From the NCBI RefSeq assembly GCF_038025025.1, contig NW_027117343.1, positions 682,001 through 746,000 on the forward strand: 64,000 bases of DNA. The letters are read 5' to 3'. Shown here piece by piece: positions 49,212-63,166 of the stretch (positions are counted from its first letter, which is position 1; each line of letters opens with the position of its first letter). Source of the stretch: Phyllosticta citribraziliensis (lineage: Eukaryota). The translations under genes were made by a program, and so were the position numbers. The notes below the pieces were generated by a model, which saw nothing but the letters and a program-made list of their open reading frames with translations, was not told the DNA's origin and did not search any database.

Positions 49212-51484
49212 CTACTCGTCGTCTTCTGCCAGCCTCCTCCTGTGTCGTCTAAACAGGCTTGCAGGACGTCGTTCAGCAGACCCGTAGAGCTCGGGGTCAT
49301 GCTTCAACTCGGAATTCACGCGTTGGCCCATGGCCGGATCTCCTTCGTCGTCTTCCATCCCATCGTTCCACGTATGCACGGTACACGTACCGAGCGAGGT
49401 GCCCCAGCCATTCCACGACGTTGCTGTAAAAAGAGGAGTCAGAAAAATCATAGTCCCTCAAAAGTACAAACGAGACTCACCGGCGATGACTGGGGCATTG
49501 GGATGCCAGCTCGCATCTCTAACGCAAGTCTGCCACTGCCCTCCGTTCCTGCCGATAAAATCGTACGTTTCCGCCAAGAGGTCTGCGTCTCTAGGCCGTG
49601 AGTTGCGGGTCGCGTTGAGCACGTCCACCTTGCCGGCCAAAGTCGCGTCCATGTTCCAAACGTATACTGAGCCATCGTAACTGCCAGAGTAGACAAATCG
49701 CGAGTCTGTGCTACCAGGCGGAGAAAAGTGACAGCGAATCAATGTTTTGAGGACGCTGTGCCCGCGGAAAGTAACGAGAGAGCGGTCATGGGGATGAGGG
49801 CGGTACTCGGTCTCGTCGTACGAGTTGGTGCGGTATTCGAAGCCGGTCGTGTACGCGTTGATGTCAATGCTGTTAGCGTCGCGTGGGCTAAGCATGCTTC
49901 GCAGATCCCACAGCTTGGCTGTTTGGTCTTTGCCGTTGCTAAGAACGTAGCGCCCGTCACCTTTGCTGTCAACGTAGGTCAAACCCTCCGTGTGGCCAAG
50001 GAAAACACCGGCGCATCTGCCATCTCCCATGCTCCGACGATCCCAAACTTTGATTGTTGTGTCGTCAGACCCTGAGTAGAGAATGTGCGGAGAATTGGGA
50101 TCGCCATAGCAAACGGCATTTACGTCGTCGTCATGTCCTTGGATCCGAAGAATTGACCGTTGTTTTTCAATATCGTAGACGTAAACGGATCTGTCTCCTG
50201 TCCCCGCCACGATTTCTCTGCCGTCGCCCGAGAATCTCAATGACCAGATCTGGAACTTGATTTCAGCCACCCTAGTCAGGATGATAGTCTCGGGGGAACG
50301 CTTACACCAAAGTATGGATACGTGTGGAACCCTCGGCGATCCCGGAAGCCTGTGTTGGAAAAGTCGAGCAAGTGTGGGTCGGAGTTGTCACTTGGATCCG
50401 TCGGCGCAAGACAAACTACGCTGCGGATTGAGCTGTAGGCCAGGAATTTGTTGTCGGGGCTCAAAGAGGCATCTGTGATAGTCCATTGACCATATGGGTA
50501 GTCCACAGTCTGCGCGACGTCAGAAACTCGGTCTTCAAAAGCCAGCATTTGCACAGACCTTGTAGTATTTCCATCTATACGGATTCGAGGTGTCGTACAT
50601 CCGTACTTTGAAGTCTTGGGCGCAGGAGAAGAAAAAGTTGCCATCGTTGGAGAATTGTCCAGAGTAGCATCGCGCGTTGTAATGGATGATGGTGTCGGCC
50701 TTGGATGAAGGAATGAGACCCTGAGAAATGACGTTGTTTCTCAACTTTTGACGCCCAGAACATCCCAGCCCGAGTTCCCTATGCATCAGCCTATAGGTCA
50801 GCCTCTTTTTACGCTTGTAAGAGTCGACCGTTCTTTCATTTGCGCCAAAAGTTCCCGAAGCTATGAGCTTCTTCCCTTCAGCACTAGGGGGCTTTTCGAA
50901 TGCCTTGCGGCCTTTGCGCTTCCTCCTTGCACCGAGGCCTCCGTATCCGGTGTTGTCGGTTTCCGAGTCGTCGTCGTCGTCAAGTGGCGCACGACGTTGG
51001 GTGGTGTGGTCCGCGAATATACGGCGAAGTCCCGCATGGCCTAGCAGTTGCATGATCTGCTCCCTCGAAACTGGCGACTGTTAGCCGAGGATCATTGTGC
51101 CCAAGCAGTTGCGACTGGATACTGATGATGGGCGCGCCGCGCTCTTCAGACTCGTCGTCCTCGTTGCCATCTTCTTGGCGAAGAGTCGCAAAATCAATCG
51201 TCACATTGCTCAGACTCTCCTCTGCATCTGAAGAGCCACTCGTCAACCGCAACATCCACCAATTCGGTGGCGAGCGTGGAGGATTTACCATGAAATTCAC
51301 CATCATTGTAATCATCGTCCATCAAGTCGTCGTCTTCCTCCGATTCGGCGGGTGCATAGTCCATGTCATCGGCGTCGGTCTCATCTAGCAAAATGGCACC
51401 GTTCACGTCAAGGTATCTTGGTTCGTTGTCGCTCGGCGGGGAAGTAGCGGAGCGGCCGTTGAGATCCAAAGGAGTGTCGCTCAT
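49212..51484 (-). CDS. WD40 protein WDR23/DCAF11-like (CUL4-DDB1 substrate receptor); 6 exons
   Basis: YSGQFSNDGNFFFSCAQDF, WTITDASLSPD, IWSLRFSGDGREIVAG, GHDDDVNAV, KVWDRR, GHTEGLTYVDSKGDGRY, TFRGHSVLKTLIRCHFSP, and CVRDASWHP. Confidence 0.88.
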
Positions 51485-53013
51485 TTCAGCTAAGAGTCGA
51501 GGGAGAGAGGGACGCCTTCGCTCGCGAGATTCTGAAAACAAGAAATCTTGGGGCGGTCATGAACGCGGGGGGAGAAGGTGAAGGTGAAGGTTGGATATCG
51601 ATGATGGCAAGAACGAATGGCGCGAACGTCGGACGGCAGACGATCCCGGTGATAGTCAGTCTTAAACCCGCCCAGTCACCGGACTCCGTCATCACTCCGC
51701 GGGCAATTGGTTTGTTTCCATCCATTCCCAACAAAGCTCACAATGTCGGCCACTTCGTTTCTTTGCATAATCAAGCTCGTTCAACTTGTCGCTGCCCCTC
51801 TGCCTCTTTGGGAGCCAACAAAGGTTGCAAGGTTTGGTGAGGGGCAACGCCGGTCTTCCGTACACTCATCTCCTTCCGAAGACGCCAACTGATTCCGTCG
51901 TTTGAAGAAGTTCAACACGTATGAACTAATGGATCGTCTGTCTGTCAAAAGCCTGACGTCGTGCCCGAGATTCAGAAGCGTTCCATCTGGTCGCTAGCAC
52001 CAGCACGCGGCTCCGCTTCTTGTACATTCTTCTGACCGAAAAGTGATCGCAGTCCACCAAAATGCCTTGACATGGCAGGCGACATCAGCCGACGTGCTCG
52101 GAAAGGCTAAGATGCCCCTGTGTCGGGTGTCCGAATCCCAGAATTTCAATTCGACATCGTTCGATTTTCTCTGGCTGTCATCCCTGCAAATCCTCTGCGC
52201 CTGAGGCCCTTCAATATGTTGCGGCTGCTACCCCACCTTCTGATTGGTTTGTGGCGCGGAAGCACCAGTCGTTGCACACGCAACACCGAATAGGAGGGCT
52301 GATTGGGAGCATTCATACGCTCAAGCAGGCGAACAAGAGAAACCACTCATCTTACTCGGAAGTAAGTTTCTGGGAGATTTCAAGACCAGCTACATATTCA
52401 AAGGGGATAGCAAAAGGGAGCATTCAAACCCCGAAGTCGCGAAACCTCGCAACCGTGTGTGCCACAACTTCTCCCACCAAGCCTGAGCTGTAGAGGACTA
52501 GTCGATAACATGTAAATGTTTGTGCCCATACTTGAGATGTTTTCATCCAAGGTTCGCCCCTCGGCAATAAGCCCTAAGTCCAGTATTGTTATACTTACGC
52601 TGCGCCTCTTGCCCATATTGATATGAAGAACTAGAATAGATCTACTTCAGGATTAGCTGTGGCTGACACATCCCAGGCAATTCAAGCAATCTTGACATCT
52701 CGAGTAGATTGTTTCGACCGTCAGTGGCGCGAACGTCTGCAATCTTCCAACAGGTTGCCCGACTTTGCCGAGCACCGAAGCCAGCATGTTGGACCCTTGT
52801 ACCCCGGATTCTCGACGTCGTGTGCAGGGTTGAAACGCTTCCAAACAGCACACTTCCAAGCACAAGTGAGCCTCAACATCACCATCGCCACAAGCCCTGA
52901 GGTGCGCAACAGCTGCTTCCATGTTGGATGGCACCACCTAATTTCAAGCTTGCGGAAGAGTCCGCGCCTGCTGCGTGGAATCCATGCCAATAACGGCGCT
53001 GCAGCTCAACAGC

Positions 53014-53027
53014 CGGGTCTCGAGCCG
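53014..53027. promoter_or_regulatory. CGG-N8-CCG motif (ClrB/CLR-2-type site) overlapping a CreA-type SYGGRG site upstream of the GH7 gene
   Basis: CGGGTCTCGAGCCG(GGG) lies about 250 bp upstream of the ATG. The motif is short and could occur by chance. Confidence 0.3.
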
Positions 53028-53267
53028 GGGAAGAGCTGCCTTCAGCGAGCTTGCAACCAGAAGTTTGTCTCCTGATGCGGGAGTCCGCCGGGAAAATGTG
53101 AGTCGGCTGTGCGGACATTACTGCTGTACTGTACCGTACATCCCAGCAAGGAGAGTAAACCGAGGCCGATCTAGAAAGATATAGTTAAGCTGCACACGAA
53201 GCTCCACTTCTTGCAGATCCAACCACATTCACTCCTTCCAGTTACGGTTCTTGTCACTCTTTTCAAT

Positions 53268-54964
53268 ATGCATACTTTTCAGATCGTCTCGTCGCTCTCT
53301 CTACTCCTTGCGGGGTCTCAGGCTCAAAAGTACTACAGCATGAAGCCTGAGAACCACCCCAAGCTCCCAACTCAAGTCTGCACAAAGGACAAGGGATGTG
53401 TCAAGCAAGACACTGCCATAGTCCTCGATTCAAACTGGCGCTGGTGCCACGATGGTAGTGGGTCCAACTGCTATACGGGCAACAAATGGAATGAGCAGTA
53501 TTGCAAGGACGCCAAGACTTGCACAGAGAAATGTGGTCTTGATGGCGCTGGAGACTACGAGAGTACATATGGCATCTCGGCCAAGGGAGATGCCCTTACT
53601 ATGAAGTTCGTCACGCAGGGACAGCAGAAGAACGTCGGCGGCCGCGTTTACCTGCTGGCTCCGAACAGCGATGACAAGTACAACATGTTCAAGCTCAAGA
53701 ACAAGGAATTTACCTTTGACGTGGACGTCTCCGGCTTGCCTTGCGGCATCAATGGTGCTTTGTACTTCACAGAGGTCAGTCAGAAGGAGCATTCATGTGC
53801 GACTGCGGACACTTGACTTTGTCCACCAACGTCATCGTTCACGCCACTGACTATTCTCCAGATGGAAGAGGACGGCGGCAAATCAAAGTACCCTACCAAC
53901 GAGTGCGGTGCCAAGTACGGCACTGGGTGTAAGTGACGCTCCACCGTGCCCCCTGATTCTGCACCCCGCTCGTATTCACTCCCCCAAACCTCAACACCAA
54001 AATTCAACAACACGCCCCAACACCAACCACAACCCCCCAATCTTTTTTCAACACCACACTGACTGTCAAATCACGAAAGATGGAGATGGCCAGTGCGCAG
54101 TAGACGTCAAATGGGTGCATGGAGAAGCCAATTGTGAGAACTGGGTGCCGTCAAAGAGTGATCCCAATGCTGGAACGGGCAGATATGGCTCATGCGCCAA
54201 CGAAATGGACGTTTGGGAGGCCAACAAGATCTCGGCAGCTTACACCTCACACGTGTGCGAAGAGAAGGTAAAGGGCATCTATCGCTGCGAGGGCATCGAA
54301 TGCGGTACCAAGCCCGAGGAGCGCTTCCGAGGCGTCTGCGACAAAGACGGATGCGACTTCAACAGCTACCGCCTGGGCAACGACTCATACTACGGCGAGC
54401 GCAAGATTGTGGACACGAACACCAAGTTCACCGTCGTCACGCAATTCATCACCGTCGACGGCACGGCCAATACGCCTCTGAAGGAGGTCCGCCGCAAGTA
54501 CATCCAGAACGGCAAGGAGATCGCCAACTCCAAGACCAACGTCCCCGGCGTGGCGCCGTACGACTCCATCACCGACCCCTTCTGTGCGGACGTCAAGCGC
54601 GTCTTCGGCGATCCCAACGACTTTGGAAAGAAGGGCGGGCTCCCGCGCGCTGGCGACGCGTTTGACCGCGGCATGGTGCTCGTTCTGTCGCTCTGGTACG
54701 TTAACTCTCCCACCACTGCACCCACAATACCCATCGAACGTCGACTAACACAACACGTACTTCAGGGACGACCACACTGCCAACATGCAATGGCTCGACG
54801 GCGCGTACCCGCCCGGCGCCCCCGAGGACAAGCCCGGCGTCAAGCGCGGCACTTGCCCGCGCGACGGCGGCAAGCCCGAGCAGGTTGAGCAGCAGTTCCC
54901 TAACGCCCAGGTCGTTTACTCTAACATTCGCTCTGGCGATTTGGATTCGACGTACAGGCCGTAA
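53268..54964 (+). CDS. Secreted GH7 cellobiohydrolase without linker/CBM1; 4 exons
   Basis: Signal peptide ending ..[34 protein letters not shown], catalytic [32 protein letters not shown], and YSNIRSG. Confidence 0.95.
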
Positions 54965-57097
54965 AGCGGCCGCCGCTGATGAGGCGGAGAAGGTGGGTTA
55001 GGGGGCTCAGGGGGTGAGGATGCAGTGAGTGTGGTACATGATGTTTTTCACTTCGTTTAGGCACTGGGTGTCTTTCTTCTTTTGACGGGTTGGTTGGTGA
55101 GGGGGAAGGGCGGACGGCTGGGATTTGCACGTTTGTTGCATTTGCGGATATGTGTGTATAGTGAAATAGTTGTACAAATTCACGGCATGCGTCACACATC
55201 ATCTACGACATCCTCTTCGTCTACATCAACATCTCTCCCACACTCACTTCCAAACGCTCCATCAACAGCGTGATTAACAAGTCATTCATGACAGCTACTA
55301 CTATACTAGTACAACGGACGGTGACCACATCACACCGACACCGACTCCGATCCCGTCTCATCCGATCCCATACCAAAACTCAAGCAACGACAACAGCAAC
55401 GACAGCCAGTCAGCTAATCAAGCAAGCAGCAAGAGCAAAAACATCCACAGACAGCGCACATCCATCCTGTTCCATCCCATCTCTCGTGCTTCTTCCTCCT
55501 CATCCTCCTCTTTCTACTCTCATACACGCAACACCTCAAATGCACGCGCCCAGACGCACAACCGACCCACAGACAACCAACCAGCTAGCACCCGCTACTC
55601 CTCACTGCGTTCCATCACGTGCCTTTCAGTTGCTTTCGTGCCGCATGCTCACTCGCTCGCTCGCTCGCTTGCTCCCACACATCAACGTCCACTCCTTCGA
55701 CCACGATACCAGAAGGCCTTGTGACGGCTGAATAACGAGATGACGAACGAACAAACAAGAACAGGAAACACCGTCGAACGTTGGATGTAAGACCGCGAAA
55801 CAAGTAGAAAGGCGTACGCCGCAATCAACGAGCCGTGCCGCCCCAACACGCCACATCCCATTCTCTTTTTCCGCGACCAAACAGCATGAGTACAGGGAGA
55901 CGAGAGCGATTAAAGCCAGACGCCTCCGTCGACACCCCGCCACGGACAACGAGAGCAGTGAACGACGGCCGACGTGTCTGGACGGGCGCGACCGAGCCAG
56001 GTACTCGGCAAACCGACTGGCTGACTACCTGCATAGGTAGGCACACCGACTATAATGCGTAGACAGACACGCAAGACGCAAGACGAACACGACAAGGACG
56101 TGACGGAGAGCACAGCGACCAAGAAATCAAAGACCGCGCGTCGCCAGTCGCCCACGCAACCACAGAGACGTAAACACATATTGACCGGGCCCAGACGGGA
56201 AGGCCAGGGCCTGCCTATGTTGACTAAGGTAGGTAGATGGGTAGGTAGAGAGAGAGAGATAGGGAGAGAGAGGAAAACAAGGTATCTAAACAGCACGCAG
56301 ACTGTAGCTACGAAAACCGGAGAAAAGTCCCATGAACGGTGAAAAAAAAAAAAAAGAGGCAAAGAAGCTCAAAGCTAACAAGAACGTTGAGAGCCCTCAA
56401 AAAGACCCCAGGAGGCCGTCGGTCACCGCTGCCACAGCTGGTGGACCCAATGTTCACATTTACGGCCACGCCAGGAAGCGATGCCCAAGGGGCGTTCGAC
56501 ATCCGCGGCCAGGGAGGGGCGGGCAGAAGATGGAAGAAGAAGAAAGAGAACAAAACTCCAGCAGACCACTAAACAATTAAGGCGTAGAAAGTGGGCAGCC
56601 CCTCTGCCGGCTCGCTCCAGTTGAAAATGTCAAAGAACAAAACCCCCCTTTACCATATCTGGCAATCAGGCGCAATTCAAAAGAACACAAAACAAGAAAC
56701 TAGATAGCCATTTTCCCCCTTTTGAAAATGCTGCCTCTGACCAGACCAAGCCTCGTCCGGCCAGTTTTGTCGGTGAGAGAAGAGGGAGAGAGATTAGAGA
56801 CTAATGGAGTCGTAAGAGGAAGATGGAAAGCAAATCTAGGCGTAAAGGGTTGGGGGGAGCGGTTCGAAGAAATCTTCCGCGTCGTCGCGTCCATACCGTA
56901 ATAGAGAATGAGACCTGAAATCATGTCCGTTGCACTTCGTCACAGAGCGATCATCGTCACGCTCTGCTCCAATGTGTCGTTTCCTGCTGGTGCTTTGTTC
57001 GAAGAGAAGGGGCTCGGGATCCTCCGGACCTAGAAATGAAAAAAGGAAATAATGTCCTATGCTTCTTCATGACTTGACTCCTTCACTTTTTAAGAAA

Positions 57098-60000
57098 TCA
57101 GATCATGGCCGCGCCGCCCGGACCCGGGCCCTTGGGGGAACCAACCTGTTCGCCGTTCACGTTCATCGTTGTCGAAGGCGCCGTAACGGTTTGCGCCTTG
57201 ATGCTGTTCCCGCTGCCTTGCCTCGCGTGGGTCGGGCTTTTGCTCTGAGCCAGCTTTGGGCTGCCCAATGCTTGCCCGTACTGGTTGTCGTCGTCATCGT
57301 CGTCAAAGTTGATGCGGCTTTGCCACTGCGAAAAGCTCTCGCTGAGATCGCCGGCTGCGCTTGTCGGAGTGCGGTCAAAGTCGAAGCGCTCGCTGAGTCG
57401 GTATGCACGATTTGTGCTTTCCCAGTTGCTGCGAAGCGATTCGAGCTCTGTTGCAAGGCTGTCCAAGGCCATGGAACTCCGTTGAGCAGTCATGTTGGCT
57501 GTGTTGGTAGCCTGCGCATCGGGAGTGGGAGTGCGCTGTGTAACGTCCGTCGTCTGGCTATATACGCTTTCTCCGGTGCTGTTGTTGTGACGGTGACCGA
57601 GGTGGTTTGTGCCATTGTCTCCGGGCTGTATGGCCATTGACGACTGGCGGCGGTAGCTGTCGACGCTGGTTTCGAATTGATCCAGGAACATTTGGACGCG
57701 TTGTTCGGCTTCGCGGGCACGTTCCTCAAGCATGGCCCGCTCTTGGCGGAGCGTGTCGACTTCGACACTCTTTTGAGCCATGGTGACTTCGAGTTGCTGA
57801 GCGGTTTGATTGGCAGTCTCTTGTTCGCGGCGTGCCGAGGCTAGATCAGACTGAAGAGACGATATCTGGCTTTCAAGATTAGAAACGTCTTCCTTGAGCT
57901 TGTTCTGCAGCTTCTCCATCTCCTGGCGCATGGGTTCTGATGGCTCCCCTTCGCTGGTGCCGTTCCTCTGCTGCTTCAGATTCTCTTCAAGCTCAGCATT
58001 TTGAGCCTTGTACTTGTCCAGCTCTTGCTTCATCTTGGCCAGCATTTTTTCGGTTCCTCGGAGATACTTGACGGCAGCTTGGTGGTCGTTGTGGAGAGCC
58101 GTGATCTTCTCCTCCCACTCTTTGCTGATCTCAGCTTCCCGGCTTTCGAAATTCGAGCGGATCTCATCATGCGCCTTGAGGCTGGCCTCGAGCTGCTGCT
58201 CCAACTCGCGGACACGGTTGAGTTCGGGAGTGCTGAATCTCGAAATGGGGCTGTCGAGGGCACGCGAGCGTCGATGCGATTCGGCAGTCGTTCCGATCCC
58301 ACGCTCGTCCAAGAGGTTCTTAAGCGTCTTGAGCTGCACCTCGTGGGCATTCGTCTCCAGGAGCTGGCGCTCAAACTGCTGTTGCAGCTCACCCTTCTCG
58401 GCTTGTAGCTGCTGCATCTCGCGCATAGCATTCTGGAGCTGCTTGCGCACCGACAGTCCTTCCCTGCTGGCCTGCTCTTGGAATGTCTCCAGACCTGCGA
58501 TCCGCTCCTCTGCGCGTCGCAATTTTTCAGAGGCCGTGTCAGCAGCTTCTTGGTTCTTGCGCACCATCGCGTTGGCGGCTTCGGCCTGTTCTTGAAGGAT
58601 TTGGATTCGTTCGTCGGTGGCAGTACTACCTTCGCCGTTCCGTTCAGCGATCTGGGCCAATCCAGAGAGCACAGCTTGACGGTGGGTGGCAGCCTCGGCG
58701 GCGTGTTTTGAGGCCATTTCTTCAGCGTCCTTTAGGCGCCTGTTCGAGCTTTCAAGATCTCTACTGCGCTCATCGTGTTCTGAACGCAAGCGGGCCAACT
58801 GCTGTTCAAGCTCAGATCGCTGAGCGCGTTCCTCTTCGAGCTTCTCCTCAAGATGCGTGGCCCTCTCGGAAGAGGCGTTGACAGCTTCTCGCAGGGTCTG
58901 CAGAATATTTGCATGATTGCTAATATCTTCCGAAGATTTGGAAAGCTTCTCAGCCAACTCATTTTTGTCGACGGTGAGCATTCGGGCATTCGCGCTCGCT
59001 TCGGCTGCGTTTGCAGATTCTTCTCTTGCCATCTTCTCAGCCTCGTGCAGCGCAGCCTTCAGAGACTCTACTTCCATGACGCTTCGCTGGCGGAATGTGT
59101 CAAGCTCACCAGCCCGCTTGTTTGCAGCTTCAGCAGTGTCTTCGGCCATCTTGCGAGCCCGCTTCTCCGATTCGATCTCAACCAACAGGCTGTCGACTCT
59201 GGAGGAGAGTTCGCTTTGAGCATTCAGCGATGATGCCAACCTTCTGTTCAACTCGTTCATCCGGTCGATATCAGGCGTCATGTTACCCCTCGCGCTGTCG
59301 GGCTGAGGGGTGCCGGCTTGACTTCCGCCGTGGGCGGCCAGTTTCGTCTTGGCATAGACAGCCTCGCTGATTGCGGCATCTCTTTGCTTCTCAATCTGGG
59401 CAATCTTGTTTGCAGCCTCGACGGCCTGTGCGTCAATGGAGCCTTGAATCTTTGCCAATTCGGCCCTCATCCTGATGAGAGCTTCGACTAATGGGCGATC
59501 GTCATCTCCGAAAGCCTCTGCCGCGCGATCGTCCAAGAATTGACTGGGTGACGAGTTTGCCTGGTAACCAGCTTTGCGCGCGAGAGCTAGTTCAGAAGCA
59601 AGCCATGCATTCCGGCTTCTAGCCGCTTCCAACTCTTTGGCCATCTCGTCGTTTTGCTGCTTGACTGCTGGCGAGGAGCCTACGCCGCTGTCGATCTGCG
59701 GGGCTCGATCTTGGTCGCGGGTTGCAGGCTGTCCGTTGTTGTCACCGGCGGCTGACACACGGGGTGAATTTTGCGCGATGCCGTCGACGGATGGCTTGTG
59801 TCGGTTGGAGCGCGATTCACTGCGAGATGGGGGATTCCTCATTGAGTCCGAGGAAGTCTTGTGTTGGTGAGCCATGCTTCTGACTTGCTGACCCGGTGGA
59901 CTCCTTATGTTCGGGCTCTGCTCTCGCAAGCCGCGCGCAGCTACAATGTTGGAATCGATGGATGGGCTGTCTCTGCGCACAGGAGACATGGTGTCTCTAT

Positions 60001-61894
60001 CCACAACAGGTTTCGGGGCATCCGCGAGCGGACCGTAGCCGCGTTCTGCCTTGGTCGGAGTTTTGCTTCCAGGTCTCGGGGCAGCTCCGTTTCCGTTTGG
60101 TCGTGGCTGTGGAGGTTGTTGTTGGGGAGGAGGCCCGGATGCTCGTGGCAATCTCGAGTTCACAGGACCGTTGGCTGCAACGGGTGGCTCGTTAGGCCTT
60201 GCAGGTCCTCCCATCATGCTCTCTCGTCCACCTCCGCGAGCTTGTGGGATTCCACTGCGTTCTCCGCCGCCGCTTAATTTTCGCATCGGCGCTCTTTCAC
60301 CAGCGGCTGGCTGGTTTTCGCTAGAGGGATACCGAATTTTGGACGTGTCCAGGACGTACGCGATGCTAAGCTCGTTGCGATCTGGTGCGGAGGAACTGGG
60401 CTCTCCGGCGAGAACGATGACGCGTTGGCCGTAGGCTGTCATGCTGTGTCCGGAGCGAGGTGACGGTGACGGGCCCATATTCTGGAACATATACCAACGG
60501 CGGGAGGTGATTCGGAACGCGGCCAGATCTCCCAAATCAGTGCCTTCTCTCGTACGGCCTCCGAAAATATACATGGTGTCGTTGACTATCGCGGCGGCGT
60601 GGCCTTCGCGTGCGAGTGGGATATAGCCTATACAGTCAAGTTCTGACCAGGTGTTTGGCTTGGGATCGAAACACCAGACATCACTGAACCAGTTGATCCC
60701 GTCGGTACCGCCGAACCTTTTGGGATGTCATCAGTCGCCATTCTAGACGCGCGCAACATGTGACTTACAAGTAGAGCTTGTCGTTCCATTGTACCATGGA
60801 ATGGTTCGTACGAGCTGGTGGGATTTGGCCAGCAGGTGGACCCCCTTCGGTACTGTTATTGACGAGAACCTCCCATCGGTTGCTTGGCGACTGAAGCGCG
60901 TTCAGATCGAAACAGGCCAAGTCGTTGAAAAAGGTTCCCTCAACCTGACCACCAAAAACGAAGAGCTTGGACCCCAAGATGTTCAGGGTGTGGCCATAAC
61001 GGCCAGAGGGCCTAGGTCCTGCCGGCAGGGCTCGCGACCACTGCTTGGTTGCTGCTCTCAAGGTTAGCAATGCAGGCGCTGCGAGAAAGCAGACCAGGAG
61101 TCCACGCACAGGTATTGAGAAGGTAAAGGGTGTCGTCAAGAACGTCGCCCTCATCAAGTTTGGTATCACCGCCAAACACAATAAAAGCATTGCCAACAAG
61201 CAAGCTTGCATGGCCAACCCTGGGGCCTGGACCTTCCGAAGTGGTTGAAACGGGGAGACATGCCATGTTTCCGCCGCCAGCTTCCACAATCCAAAGATCC
61301 CCCTTGACGGTTGTGCCATTCACCAAACCTCCCATGATGTATATTGTGCCATCCTTGGAGGAGGCGGAATTGACAGCGGCGCCATAGCGTGGGAAGGGAT
61401 TCGCGCCGGTGGTGAAGTTTAAGCGACGTTGTGACCACGGGTAAGGCGATTCGGACGCGCTGCGCGGCGGATGCGCTTGGACGGGGCGTCCATTCTGGCG
61501 GCGGCTGGTTAGCATTGAAGAGTATGGCGGAGCCGCAAGCAGCGACCAGCAGCAGCGGAGAAGGACGACAGGTGTGTATTTGCAACAATGGAGGAGCGGG
61601 GATCTCTATTACCTGAAGCTCCGAATCGGACCTCTCGCGCGGCGTCGACTTGGGCTCTGGGCTTTGAGTGTCTGTTGCTCCACCCAGGGAGCTCAGGGAG
61701 TTATTGACGCTGGTGCCAGGGGTTGGCGTCTGAGAGGATGAGCCCGTCTTTGGACTGCCGTCGTCTCGCGGTGGTTTGCTGCCATTGGCGGCGGGACTGG
61801 AAGATGATGGCGGACCGTCGGACGAGGTAATGGGCCGCGAGGCAGCAGGGAGGGCCGACGGCTGTTGCTTCTTGGACTTGAAAAGGAAGGACAT
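57098..61894 (-). CDS. Kelch-repeat/coiled-coil cell-end marker, TeaA/Tea1/Kel1-like; 4 exons
   Basis: MSFLFKSKK, YPWSQRRL..PFPRYG, kelch repeats (PRVGHASLLVGN, GRYGHTL, ARTNHS, AREGHAA, PRSGHSM), then a long C-terminal coiled coil. Confidence 0.9.
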
Positions 61895-63166
61895 GGCGGA
61901 CGGCTGCGCCTAATCGAGGGGGGGGCGAGGAGCGAGCGAAACGAGCCAGCGGAGGACTGGCTAAGCGCTCATCCAGTCGCGCGCACAGGGCTCGTGAGGA
62001 GGAGGAGATGCAGTTGTTTGCGGGTGCCGGGGATCATGGACCAGATGTCGTGAGCAGAGCGCCGTCAGGACGTAGGGTACGGTACGGGGACGGGTTGCAG
62101 GGTCTGTGCGGGCTGGTCGAGGGTCGCAGCACAGGGCAGGGCGGCCCAAGTCGCGTGGCGGGGAGCAGCAGAGGGCGATTGGGTCGGGTGGTGAGGCTGG
62201 AGGGGAGAGTTGAGATGGGCGTGGAACGACAGAAGGGGAGGAATGCGAGGACTGGACGATTGAAGGGGGTGAGTAGAGAGTTGGACTGGCCTGGCACTGG
62301 AACTGGAACTGGTGGTTCTCGTCCAACCGAAGCGGACGCGGGAAGAGGAAGGGGCCACCGGGCTGCGACAAAACCGCTGCCACTCAGTCTGCCACAACCA
62401 AATGGCCCGGCTCCGACTTAGCGCACCCTGGACCTGTTGTCTGTGCTAGCAGTGCTTCCCCAGACTCCAGCCCAGCTCTTGCGGCTGCAGTTGCGTTTCT
62501 TTTTTCTTTTTTTCTTTTTCCATTTCCTCTTCGTTTCCTTCATTCCCTCTTGACCTCACGCGACAACAAGTGCTGTTTCGAGCGTGTCCTGTCTGGGCTG
62601 TCCTACCCACCCACTCTCCACCGGTCCCCCTCCCCCTCGCCCTCGCAATGTAGAAACGCCCATCGACGCCATGCGCCGTGGAAAGCTGCGAGTCTGGTCT
62701 CTTTCGACACCGACCGGTACGGCACAGCCAAGGTACAGGTAGCGCTGTCTTGGCCGGTCGCAGGGTTGCCTTCCTTTGCAAACACTTGCGCGTGACAGCC
62801 GTCCACGGTGAAGCTGCATGTACCTAGATAGTCGAGAAATAAAAAAAATCCAGCAGCCCTGCAGTCATCTGGCGCATCCCTGCTCGGGTCCCCAGATGCA
62901 GCGCGATCGAGTGGTCCAGAGTGGCCGTCCAGCCTGTCGGCCCTTGCCCGCATCACGCTGACATAAGGGCCGGTCAACGCTGCTGGAAGCTCCCGCCGCC
63001 GGCTGCAAGCACTGGGACTGTCTGCCTCCAACACCTTCACCGGTGGCCTCTGAGAGCCTGCGTCCACCACCTACCTTACGCTACCTTCCTTATATTGTGC
63101 GCCCTGCCCTCGACGCTGCCTTCACCCCCGTGTGCAAATGGACCCACGCCCGCTGCCGCTGCCGTC

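Noticed and set aside
51560..53200. Short ORFs in the WDR23-GH7 divergent spacer
   Set aside because: No coherent exon structure, domain motifs or transposon hallmarks such as terminal repeats or transposase/RT motifs.
41808..54964. GH5 and GH7 as a cellulase gene cluster
   Set aside because: They are ~10 kb apart, separated by three unrelated housekeeping genes, with no shared regulator or transporter between them.
54965..57097. Low-complexity 2-kb stretch between GH7 and the kelch gene
   Set aside because: Consistent with long convergent 3' UTRs containing simple repeats and a poly-A run; no array periodicity.
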